64,000 nt of DNA from positions 310,001-374,000 of the forward strand of contig JAQGDQ010000033.1 in NCBI GenBank assembly GCA_030141605.1, given 5' to 3'. This document shows positions 35,135 to 46,705 of the stretch, one piece after another (within the stretch, counting starts at the first letter, position 1; each line of letters begins with the position of its first letter). The DNA comes from Tubiluchus corallicola. Its lineage: Eukaryota > Animalia > Priapulida. The notes beneath the pieces were generated by a model. The model ran no database searches. It was not told the origin of the DNA and saw nothing but the letters and a program-made list of their open reading frames with translations. Position numbers and translations under genes: made by a program.

Positions 35135-35537
35135 TAGTTCATACTTGATTAGCATCTTTCAAAATATCTGTGGACTATGAAGTTGTCAAACAATGTACAT
35201 TATTTATACATTTTTATTAGTAATATGTGCTTGTCCATCTGGAATCACTTACATATGATTAGCAGTGTATGCTTATAAGTTATAGACGACCTAAACGACG
35301 GTTTGACAAGACTTTAACGACAACCGGTTTTACATCTGAATCATTCACCCATTTTCACAGTGTTGGGTCTGTTACAATAATATCGTAACTGCTTTCTTAC
35401 ATATCTAAAGAACTAGCAAATTAAAACATAAATGGTATTCTGCAATCATTACCTTGATTCTGCAAATCACACTTTTTACATAACTGCACATCTGGACACG
35501 ACATGTTTCACATTTAACGCAGACTACCCATATACGC

Positions 35538-35760
35538 TGTAGGGCGCGGATTACGGCACTAGCCAAAGTAGGATACTTCCGCTAAAACGCATGTGCTAAA
35601 TTTGCGAAAAAGCAGTGTCGTACATGGGCAGCCCAAGTAGGACACTGGCGATTTCTGTCGAGAATCGATAATTACGACATAATAAAACATAAAACTAAAT
35701 TTGTAAGCTAGCCCATGTATGCCAATTGTGCTACTTCAGCTAGTGTCCAACACCGCTCCC
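35538..35760 (+). mobile_element. copy of a local DNA-transposon-like repeat family (GCCCAAGTAGGACA motifs)
   Basis: About 160 bp match, in inverted orientation, to 39083-39244. Confidence 0.7.
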
Positions 35761-36848
35761 AGCATACCATACGATCAAGTCAAGTTAGATAGGATTTTTT
35801 ATCATGTCCGCCTCCATTTGATGTTGATCACCTTCTTCGACCATCACACGCTTTCTGCAAAGTTCCTGATATCATGTTTAAAGAACAATTAATATTAAAT
35901 TCTTATACACACAATTTTAGATATGTTTTATTTATTCTTTGAGAAAATGTTAACAATTCTACAACTTGTGTTCGTAATAAAGCAAAAAAACAACAAAGAA
36001 ATAAAAAAGGTTCAATATTTAATTGTTAAAGATCGTTGCTGCATGCTTGTTGCTCAGGATGCAAAAGAAAGAAAGAGAAAGAAATGGGAGAAAGCTAGAG
36101 GAGAGGAGGATAGAGAGGGAAATTAAAAGAGAGAGAAGGAAAATATATTCGTCTCAAACAGCAAAGTTAATTACTGCTTTCGATGCAAATTTCTGTTGAA
36201 CGAAAATTCACGTTTCTCAGCTTGACACGTGCTGTTTTTGCCGAATAAATCTGCATGGTTAGCATGCTTTGGCAACAGAAGAACTAGCTTAGTGTCATTT
36301 ACATTGGTATTATAATTAACAATTTTTAACAGCAGTAATTTAGCACATAATTATGAAATAACACAGTTTAATATTAGCACGAATTGTGACGTTCAGCAGC
36401 AAGGAGCTTTAGGATGCTTTAGCGGCAAAAGTACTGTAGTTTTGTGTCACAAAAATATTTTAGTTTAGTAGCATAATCAGCATAAAGTTTAGAACCATGC
36501 TGTTCCTTGTAACATTGGAGTTCACTGAGTGATTTAGCCATGTATTTTTCATATTTTATCTTGCTATAGCTACCTTGAATGATAACTATACATAATTTTA
36601 TTATATTGCTATGAAATAAAGCATCATACCTACACAAATCTAAATCCAGCAACATTCAGACCAGACTTATTAGTCAAATACATAATTATACAACATATTT
36701 TATTCGAAGACAATCATCTTTAGCCTTGGCGCAATGTGTGGACCGAGATTGCGTGAAAAAACCAAAATGACACAATGTTACAATGTCAGGCCCCAGAAGC
36801 ACACAATGTTGTCACCGATTTTGACAAAAACTGTGTGGGGGAGCGGTC

Positions 36849-36864
36849 GTGTGTGTGTGTGTGT

Positions 36865-36936
<72 letters not shown>
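36849..36936. repeat. (GT)n microsatellite
   Basis: About 43 GT units with one interruption. Confidence 0.98.
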
Positions 36937-36937
<1 letters not shown>

Positions 36938-37292
36938 CCTCAGTTCAGAAAATGCTGGTACAATATAGAATGTTTTCGTGCAATATTGGAAACACATGGT
37001 TTACACATATTACCAAAAATATTGGAACAATATTGTAGCAAATCCACATTTCCATGTAACATGTCCTCAAATGCAAAAACATTGCTGACAACATTGGCAC
37101 AATATTGTTGTTCTACTGTGCCATTCAGAAAAGTAAAATGCAAAAGTCAATAATGCGAAAGCAGAATGATTTTCACATTCAGAGTGGGGTTGACAATTCG
37201 TGAAAAAATGTAAAAATGTTTTTGTAATTAATTGTAGACTCTGACATGGAAACGTTGGAAGATTATTGCATTGTTTGTCCATTCAGATCTCA

Positions 37293-37440
37293 CAAAAATT
37301 TCACAAAGACTCTCTCACTTGAAACCAAAGTTCAGATTTAGTCTGTTTTAGTTAAGCCTGTATTTTTATACAATGCTGAACTATGCATACAAAAGCTAAA
37401 CAACACAAGGAAAGATGTTTTTTGAAGATGTCTCTACAGG
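37293..37440 (+). mobile_element. degraded RTE-like LINE fragment
   Basis: Translation LSLETKVQI*SVLVKPVFLYNAEL aligns with ISLETKKRIFSALVETVFLYNSEL of the LINE near 41200. Confidence 0.6.
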
Positions 37441-38516
37441 ATCGAAGTTATTACATATAGAATCATATAAATATTTGGCCGGACAGCTACAAATCCAAAT
37501 TACGCTACACTGTATTTGACATATGCTAGGAATGCCTCGGGAAATTCCTCTTTAAGAGTGCATAAACAGGACAACTTTTTATATTCTACCTCATTTTGAA
37601 GTACAGTAAAAGTATGATACAGATGATATAGACTTTACCTTCTATAATAATGCCAATGTGTTTCTGATAATTAAATAATATGTTAGAAACCTAGTTAACG
37701 GTCTTATATTATGGACAAGTAGACACGAAACAGAATGATGTATGTACTGACAAAGTTTTATTAAATAAAAGAAAAATGAAGTGCGTTGTTACAGCATAAA
37801 ACAAAAGTGAAGAGAGCCGAAACTACTGAGTCACGTGAGCGTGACATCATCTGAGATCAACCTATAATATAACAAACGGCGGACGAGCCTAACTAGTGGT
37901 TACATCGCAGCTGAATAAATATAATTTTCAACAGCAGAAACATTCCATGAGCATGTTGTATATACTTGCAAAAGTAAAAATGGATGTGCAGTGCTACTGT
38001 GCAACATTGAGTGTGATACACAAAAACTAGGCAGATTTTAAGTTTGAAATTCAGATCTCAAAGATATAGCTTTACTCTTTGCATGAACTCTCAAGGACTA
38101 TGCACTATGTTGTAACTGAACACCTGTCTTGTGCAACACATTTCTGATATTCAGGTACTATAATGTATATAAGTAACTGCATGGCGAGGTGCTTGTAACA
38201 GTGAATAAATATCCCCGCAAACATGAAATTGCGTATCTGTGGTAATGATTCATTCATGCAACGCATTCTTGAAAGAACATAGTGTGTTCTCTTTCAACTT
38301 TTTATAGGGTAGATTGTCTTGACATAACATGCCATGTTTTAGGACGAATCAATTCAAGAACAACGGGATAACAGCTAGATTAGCATACACTATATGTATG
38401 GATCCTGCATGGCAGGGTGAACAATTATCATCGGTCAGAACAGGTACAACAGGAAAATGTCGCAATAGACAAGATTGAATCAACTGAAGACTGTCATTCC
38501 GCATGCAAACACAATT

Positions 38517-39244
38517 GGCGTACATGGGGTAGCCCAAGCAGGACGCGTCGTACATGGGCCAGTCCAAGTAGGATGCATCGTACATCGGCTGCCCAAGTAG
38601 GACACTAGAGACAGGTAATGAATTGACTCATTAATCATACTGGCAGCATCCGTTGTCTTTGTTATTTAATAATAATAATTGAAAACGTCAATACACATTG
38701 AATCATTTATTATACATCTGATCAAATCAAAGAATCTCATTCTGAGCTAATAGAACGCCTTAAATTTGCTTTGATATTAGTCTTTTTGAAGCGAAATAAG
38801 CCCGCTTTTAGGGGATTCCAACATTTGCTTAAAGTATATCATTTTTTATTTTCTCTCGCTTCAAGGACAGGTGATCAGTTTCACTACCTCTTGGACCTCT
38901 TGTTTTCTACTAAGTAAACGGGCTAGCGAGCTATTTGCCCTACATAGTTTTTCTCTTTAAAGTATTAGATACTTAGTTTAATGTTATGATGATGTTTTAG
39001 GAGCCAATAATAGTGATGATATTAAGGACTAAATTGTTAAGGACTATCCATCCTTATTGTAAAGTTATTCTTTTGTAAAAGAAATGTAGTTTTATATTTT
39101 ATTATGTCATAAATCTCGATTCTCGACAGAAATTGCTAGTGCCCTACTTGGGCTGCTCATGTACGACACTTTTCCGCAAATTTAGCCCATGCGCTTTAGC
39201 GCAAATGTCTTACTTTGGCTAGTGGCGTGCTCTGCGCCCTACAG
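38517..39244. mobile_element. second copy of the GCCCAAGTAGGACA repeat family, with three tandem subterminal units of about 30 bp
   Basis: CGTACATGGG..GCCCAAGTAGGA three times at 38517-38610; inverted end at 39083-39244. Confidence 0.65.
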
Positions 39245-40829
39245 TTCTGCTAGATGTCTGTGACCTGGCATTGTTTACCGCACCAACTCATAAACCGCAC
39301 AGACACAGTCTGATACTTGGTCCAGCACCATGCACCACACGATGTGGCTCATGCCTGGTATACGTATAACGCAAGGGTATAACCCAAATACCGCATGGAA
39401 AATTGAGCCAGGGGTACCTGTATGGTACCTCAGTGGCGGCGTCTTTTCACCTCGTTTATTTGTTAATAATAATTCAAATGTCAATACAATTTAAATGACT
39501 AATGAAATATAAATTTACATTTGATAAAATAAAATCGTTCATTCTGAGCAACCCTAGTGGAAAATAAAATTGACTGAATTAGCAATGCATTTTCATAGAA
39601 TGTATTACAAAATAAGAATAATATGAATTATTGTAGAAAAATAATAAAAATTAATGAGGACAAAGTAAACAATATGCTAAATTACAGCAACTTCAGACAA
39701 TTAAAATAGATACAGTATCAGGCTTACAGTTACAGCTGCAATAAGTTATTTTTAAAAAGCAGGTTTTTGTGATGCATGCACTTATTCCTTTATCATAAAC
39801 TTTGCCCTGAAAAACTCAAAATTATTACTCGTATAGTAACACAAAATAATAATAAACCAAAAAATATATAAATAGCTTGAATTTGGTGCAAAGCAAAATT
39901 AGAGAAAAGTTTATAAACACTGGGATTTTCTCACTTAGCAGTTTTTAAATTAAATTTAAGTGGCTCACAAAATTTAACTTATATAAATTTCATTTTCGTA
40001 TTAATTAATGACTATTTAATTGAAGAAAATGCATGAACGGGATGAACAAATTATTAGAGAATCAACAATAATTAATAAAAATTTGAATTCAAAGTTTCGA
40101 AGGGCTCAGGAATTGGGAAAAAGTTGTAAAGATAAAGATGTTATTACGGGCTGCCCCAGTGCCCATGTACCGTTTCTCGGCTAAATTTAGCGCATGAGTA
40201 GTACCCAAACTGCGATATACAGGCTGGTGAGGTAAACGGTGCCCAGCTGAGCTCTTCAGCGCAGCTTGCAGTAACTGCGTTATGTTATTTTTGCCGTAAA
40301 CAAATTATTGTTTTTATGTGTATTATGTGTATTAAAATTTTTGTGTATCTATTGAGCTCCTTCGTGGTTACTTTTAACGTCGATTGTGCAGTAGTGCGTT
40401 TATTTCTGAGCCCAAACTAAACATAACAGGTAAAAGACAATGGTTTTCTTTGGTTCTTGCTTTTAACAGTTAGCAGAAAATGATAGACCAATTCCTTAAA
40501 CTAGTCGTTAAAATTTGCGAGATAATTATAAGTTATCATAACTATCGTAAATTATTGTACTTTTGTACATTATAAAATTTTGCTATCAGCATGGTTTTCA
40601 AAGAAATTGTTCTTGTTTCTTTGCCATAGTGATGCCATTGTATAATTATTTTTTTGTATACTTATTTTTGGTTTTCTTTTTAATGTTTTGATTATTGATT
40701 GAGTTAGTTTAGTTTGATTATTATTGTTACTATTTACCTTTATTTTTGTTGCAATTACTCACCATTCGTTTACTTTAGTTGTTCGAGTCAACGTTTACTT
40801 CTTGCTTATAGATTTTGGTTAATTATCTT

Positions 40830-41900
40830 CTTCAATGAATCACTCGTCCAGGGACATGATTCTGCTCACCTCTCTATGCCAGGACTCCCTACATGCTGCA
40901 ATGCCCCAATTGGATTTATTTCTAAGGATCAATGCTGAAATGTTTAAACTTTCTGTGCAAAATCTAAGTACGTTAACATTTGTCCTCCTGCAGGTTTTTT
41001 AGCTGGTTCTATGGCTTGTTGAAGAGCTATCTTCACTGGAACATCATCAGGTAGTCTAAGCATATGCACAATCCATCTTAAATGGTGTCTTTTTATTTTT
41101 CTTGTCCAAGGTTCTTCTTTTATTTTTTCATATAGATCTCACTTTGAAATTTTCTTTGGCCATCTAATACCCAAAATGTTTCTGTAATTTCGCCTTTGAA
41201 ATGCATCGATTTGAGCTTTATGATTTGCTTTTAATGTCCAGAGCTCAGAGTTATACAGAAATACAGTTTCAACTAAGGCTGAGAATATTCTCTTTTTTGT
41301 TTCCAAAGAAATCTTCCTATTTTCAAAAACTTTTGTGAGTTTTGAGTAAGCTGATAATGCCATTATCTTCCGTCTTAATATGTTGTCCTCTGTTGCTAAC
41401 AGACTACCGAGATACTTGAATCTTTGCCACGATTCATTACCATGGCGTGTTATATGAAAGATACTTGCATCTTTGCCACGATTCATCACCATGGCGTGTT
41501 ATATGAAACTCTTCACTTTTATTTTTGTTTACAACGAGATCCATTCTGTTCAGTTTCTCCTCTATTGAGTTTTTTATTTCATCTACTTCTTCTTTGTTTC
41601 TTGTAATCCATGCCACATCATCAGCATACTGCATTGATATCGTAGTTGACTTACTTTGTAGAGAGCTGTAACTGTGTTCTTGTCTTACTTCATTCGGTAT
41701 TAATTTAGGATCAAGAATTGTGTAGTTGTGATCTTCTAGGTCTTTCAATGGTATAACTTTGTCCTCAGTGAGAGCTATGGCAAGATATAAAGTAAAAAGT
41801 ACAGGGCTTAGACAGTCACCCTGAGGTACTCCTTTGTTTGTAGAAAATGGCTGATTCAATTTCCCTTCACACCTGACTTGAATTAATAGATTTTCTAACA
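40830..41900 (-). mobile_element. 5'-truncated non-LTR retrotransposon (RTE-like), reverse transcriptase pseudogene
   Basis: GVPQGDCLSPVLFTLYL, YADDV, FKYLG, LYNSELW, IDAFQRR..RNILGIRW, HLRWIVHMLRLP; stops plus a 49-bp duplication that shifts the frame. Confidence 0.9.
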
Positions 41901-42543
41901 TTATACTTATGTATGTCACTAGGGCTTCCAGACAATGCTGCCAAAAATGGATATTAGCTAGACAATCTTTGTGGTACAACCATTCAGAATGTGGTGGATT
42001 CCCAGCTGCCATTCATTTAATGAGTTTTATAAGTCTTTGAATGCTTAAAACTCAGTTTAGTGTGGCCACAGCATTTCATGATTTGCAAAATTTTCTTTAT
42101 AAAAATTATGTAAATTCAGAAGTTCGATCACTGCCACCAATGGATTAAAATTTTATTGCTTATTACAAATTAGATAAAGCTTGAAGCTAATTAGTTACTG
42201 CCTTCCTTTGATTATTTTTTATTAACTAAGTATTTTTAGAATTGTACTTCGTGTTTTATTTTTGAGAGTAGTGTATTTTGAGCAGTGAATTATATAGTGT
42301 GGTAAATAGTAGTATTGTCAGTGATTTGAATATGGTTGAGCAGCTCCATGTTTTGTGCTTTTGCGTAATAATTAACCTGTTAATTGTTAACTAACGAAAG
42401 TGTTTTAAAATTAAAAAGCCATAATTATGTCATATGACGGCAAGCAGATTATTTTGCAAAAACAAAAGAAATATTGTTTATGCACTCCTGTCACTCGGCC
42501 TGGGAAGACTGCTGCATTATTAGGCTATGGTAATTTCTTTTTA

Positions 42544-42616
42544 GGGAGTTAGTTGAACTGTGTAGTCAGTTTATTTTGTACAGTGGTACCTCAGGCAGAA
42601 TGCTCATATAACTCCC
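42544..42616. mobile_element. 73-bp mini-MITE, possibly PIF/Harbinger (Tourist-like)
   Basis: GGGAGTTA...TAACTCCC flanked by TTA/TAA; second copy at 31324-31397. Confidence 0.5.
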
Positions 42617-43203
42617 TAATTATATTCTCAGGAGGCAAGTTGCCTCTGTGAGGCAAACGACTGGCACTAACATTACTGAATGAGATATACTCTGATAATG
42701 ACTGCTTTGTTTTGAGGACTGCTAAGTTTTTCTTATCAAGCTTAAAACATTTTTCATTTTTAACAGGTGTTGCAATCTCATGCACGACATTGTTACGATG
42801 TTATGTTGTTGTTGTTGATGTTATCTTATTATGAATCGTTATTTAAGTTCGAGTGCAGCACAAACTTCTATCACTTAGTAAGGCTATTTTTCCTCAAGAA
42901 TTGTGATAATACATGACTCAATAAATTCCATCAGTTAAAGAATTAATATGTATAGAATATCTTCTTATATTTTACATGTATCTCTTGGGAAGCAGTAACT
43001 AAGTAAGTAAATATAACAGATAAGCCCTTTCAGCTAGCATGCCAAGAAGGTAGGCTCTGAGTAACAAAGTTAAAAAGTTAATACAGTATATGATTAAAAA
43101 GTTGGTAGTGAAACAACAAAAGTGTATCATCAACTTACCCCTTGTAATAGAGATGTTTTAACTCTGATGGATGTGAACTTGATCAATATTGCCTCATGAT
43201 AAG

Positions 43204-43293
43204 TTGATAACACAAGAAAGCATTGGCTAGTGTAAGGCCAAGAGGTGAACCCCTAGCCATACTATCCACTTCCACATAAAGTATACAATTAAA
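43204..43293 (-). mobile_element. Penelope-like element reverse transcriptase relic
   Basis: FNCILYVEVDSMARGSPLGLTLANAFLCYQ resembles the Penelope RT motif Y.Q.DGVAMGSPLGPTLANAFL. Confidence 0.6.
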
Positions 43294-46200
43294 GTCAGGA
43301 TACTCCAGTAACCATTTGAAATATTTGCAGTGTGCAAAACTGAGTGGACCTCGGGCAACTATTTACTGTTGTGAAGAGTGGGGTATACTGCATTCATATA
43401 AAAATTTGCTGTGAACACTGCATCTGATTTGAGTGTTCACAGAGCTGTATTTTCCTTTGAAGTGAGAGAGTGCAATGTACAATTTTATAAGGCATGTGAC
43501 TGTTACACTAAATATTGGTCTTAAATCTACTGTCTACTACAGTAGAATATTAGGCTTATAATGCCGAGTTATAATAAAAACCTGGTTTCCCACTTTTTCT
43601 GTAAATTTAAAACTAGCATTTGATTGGAGGCATTTTTTAGATTTTTTGTCATATATTCTTAAGTTAATTATGCATATTGTACTAAATTGTTTGGCATTGC
43701 TATTATGCAAGGCCCTAAAACTTAAAAAATAAACTAACAAAATAACATGATTTTTTAAGTAAAACCCACTCTTCATAAAAATAACCCACCTAAATAGTTA
43801 CATAATCTAATGATTTTTTCAGAAGTTCTCATTAAACTGACTTTTCTGACTTTTCAAACTAGGTTGAATAAATTCAGATCCAAATCTATGAACTTGAGCA
43901 TGTTTGTAACTGTGATTACACTGTTCTAGTCCAATGTGGTTTACACGTGGCAGTCAAAAACTCAATTATTATGACAAAACCAGTGTACACAGTGCTTGCA
44001 GCTAATTATAACTGGACTGTTCAAATTCAAATTCGATTTGTTTGAGTTAACACAAAATAAGGCATTTAAAAGATAATTTTTATCATAAAATAGATCAGAT
44101 ATTACCTATAATATTTGTTTGTCAGCTTATTAAAATAAACAACATTAGATCATGTATGTTTTAGGGAGATGAAGAAAGCCGCACAGCTCTTATAGGGGCC
44201 ACCTAGAGGGAATGCGACGATATTTAAGAATATAACTATGGCAATTTATGACTAGATTTTGTAAACATTTAAAGTTTTATGGTTAGTACATTAGCAAATT
44301 GGTACAGTAAATGGAAAAATTACTGTCATGGTTATTTTTCCTGTGCCAAGGAATGCATGTATAGCACACTTTTGTGTAACTGCTAGTTTTATAATACATG
44401 TAGCATACTAACTGCAATAATTGATGATGATTTATTTGTGATAGACATTTAGGATTAGGTGCGCAGTAATAAATCTACCGAATTAGATCCCATTCAGGAT
44501 CCTGATTATGCCTGGAAGAGTGCGATTTACCCAAGAGTGGCTGAGCATTCAGTGAGCAATTTGCCCTGATTTATTTTGGTTCTTGTGTCGTGCACTTGAA
44601 AAATTCCAGGTTTTTTAGCCACACCATTATCTGAGCTTCTACTCCTGGTATCTCCTTCTTCATGTACTATAGTTTTAGAGCTTAATGTTAAATCACTTAT
44701 TTGGAACACTTATGATGTCCAGTTTCTTTGACCCTTTGGCTGAGGTCACTGCTTGCCGTACCATTATTTGTACTCCTACATCAGGTATCTACCTTGAAAA
44801 TCTAGTCGCCCTCCTTTGCAAGATAATATGAATTAGTGGTGGATGCCTAACAAAACTCCGTACCTAAGAAAAAATCACTGTATGTGGGTTTCTCTTAATA
44901 GAACTTTAACTAGCTTTTTAATATGTAGGGCTAACTTAATTTATGTGCTGATGGCAGAATTGGAATGTACCTTATAAGTGATCATGAATAATCTTTTGAG
45001 TTGAGGTAAGAACTGCTGAACGAGCAGAGGTATTTTAATCACATGCATTTGGAAACCACAGTGAGAGAAACAGCCAGGTCTTTATAGCAGATGAAATGTC
45101 CTGATAACAGTATTTTTTGTTAACAAAAGCCAGAATAAATCCACACAGAGTAGTGGTCCAGCTTGTCTGCATTTGCCATTACAAGTTAAATGCATGTTTT
45201 GTTTATCAACTTCCTTTTGCTGCTGAGAAAATTCACTGATATTTTGTATTAATAGGTGATAAATTTATAGTCAGTCTTGAAGAAAATTGTGCTTTGAATG
45301 TCAAAATCACGTCTGTTCGTGCTAAATATATTGAAGACATGAAGCTGTTGAAGCATTTGCATTAGTCACAAGATAACGTGTCATGTAGACTTTTTTGTCT
45401 GAATATTATTCTATTTGCAGAGCAGATGTCTCTGCGTTCTGTGTCTAGCTTTGCTATGCACCCGAGATGTAAGATCAATTAAGAGGAGTATTGACATCCT
45501 GTGACAGCTGTTAGTTTAAGTATTGGAAACGTGTATTTCGACATTGTTCATGCTGGTTTGGCTGCTAGTCATCATTGCATAGTACTACATGTGTGTCAGT
45601 GCTTAATTATGGATGCTTTATTTATTCTTGAACGAGGAATACTTGTAAGCTTTTTTCACAATAACTGTCAACATTACAATGTAGTGTACATTAGTAGTAG
45701 ATTAGTACAAAAACTGATAACAAGCAATAATGAGTTGCACATTCTATTAATCTAATGTTATAACAGCTAATTAAGTTATTAAGTTAAGCATAAGGTCACT
45801 GTTAATATAAACCAAAAGCTTGTTGTAGGATGATTTGTTACTAATTGATGTTATGGCATGCGTAAAATAAATGCTTCAAATAAACTTCAAAGGATGCATT
45901 TATCACTGTTACTGAATTAGCTAATGAAGATCATATTATGCAAATCCTGTTCAAAAGTTTTCAGAAATACGACATTTTTTTTAGTAAATGCACATATGCA
46001 CTAGACCACACACTTATATATATATATATATATATATGCACACGCGTATATTACAAATATATTTATGTATATTTAAATAATATAATTTTATCAAGATTAA
46101 ACTGTTTAACCCAATATTTGAAGCACAGTGAATAAATAGTAACCAGTGTTCATAAAGATGAAGAGAAGGAATGTTTCTAATACTTTATGTAGGAAAAGTA

Positions 46201-46507
46201 TTTAATCATTTTAACTACAAATTCGTAATATGCAGCTCACTTGTGTTACATGTAAGCTGGTATTTTAAATAATTGTACACAGTATTGTTTTAAGTAGTTG
46301 ATTATTATTTTTAATTTTGTAGATAGACAATATAAGTGTTTTCTGCTAATAATTCTCTTGATTATCAAATCTTGGGCTTGCGTTTTTCCAGCATTGTGTG
46401 TTATGTTTATAATGCTTAGTGATGGTAGAACTGAAGTTCTTAGATATGGACCCAAGGATGATGTCTGAACTTCATTCAACTATTTAGCTGATGTTGTTTT
46501 ACAGACC

Positions 46508-46705
46508 ATGTTGTGTGGAATGGGAAATCTTACCTCCAAGAAGAAGATGCTCTACAAAGCATTTCTTAAGAATGACGCTAATGAGATACGACGCGTCTTC
46601 AGGAACTATGACTTCGAGAAGGAAGACATATCCAGGGAGGAGAGAATTCTTTACAGAAAAGCTGTGGAGATAGCAGCATACTACGGTCTAGTTGACATTC
46701 TAAAG
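46508..46705 (+). CDS. ankyrin repeat and SOCS-box (ASB-like) protein, first coding exon
   Basis: ttttacag|accATG; MLCGMGNLTSKKK...AVEIAAYYGLVDILK ends at AAG|gtttgt, phase 0; the join to VLLEE completes an ankyrin-like helix. Confidence 0.8.

Noticed and set aside
35453-35504. Another ATG-started mini-exon upstream of TRPA (MSCPDVQLCKKCDLQNQ)
   Set aside because: Its donor is phase 1, incompatible with the phase-2 acceptor at 29872.
36734-37153. ORFs with CVCVCV / HTHTHT runs
   Set aside because: Translations of the (GT)n microsatellite.
37681-37873. Possible solo LTR (TGTTA...TAACA)
   Set aside because: No matching target-site duplication and no second copy in the window.
38517-38610. 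Roughly 30-bp repeats that superficially resemble a CRISPR array
   Set aside because: The units are contiguous with no unique spacers, the context is eukaryotic and there are no cas genes; they are subterminal repeats of a transposon-like family.
44929-45005. Possible non-coding 5' exon of the ASB-like gene (tag acceptor, gtaag donor)
   Set aside because: Splice-like signals alone are too common to support it without transcript data.
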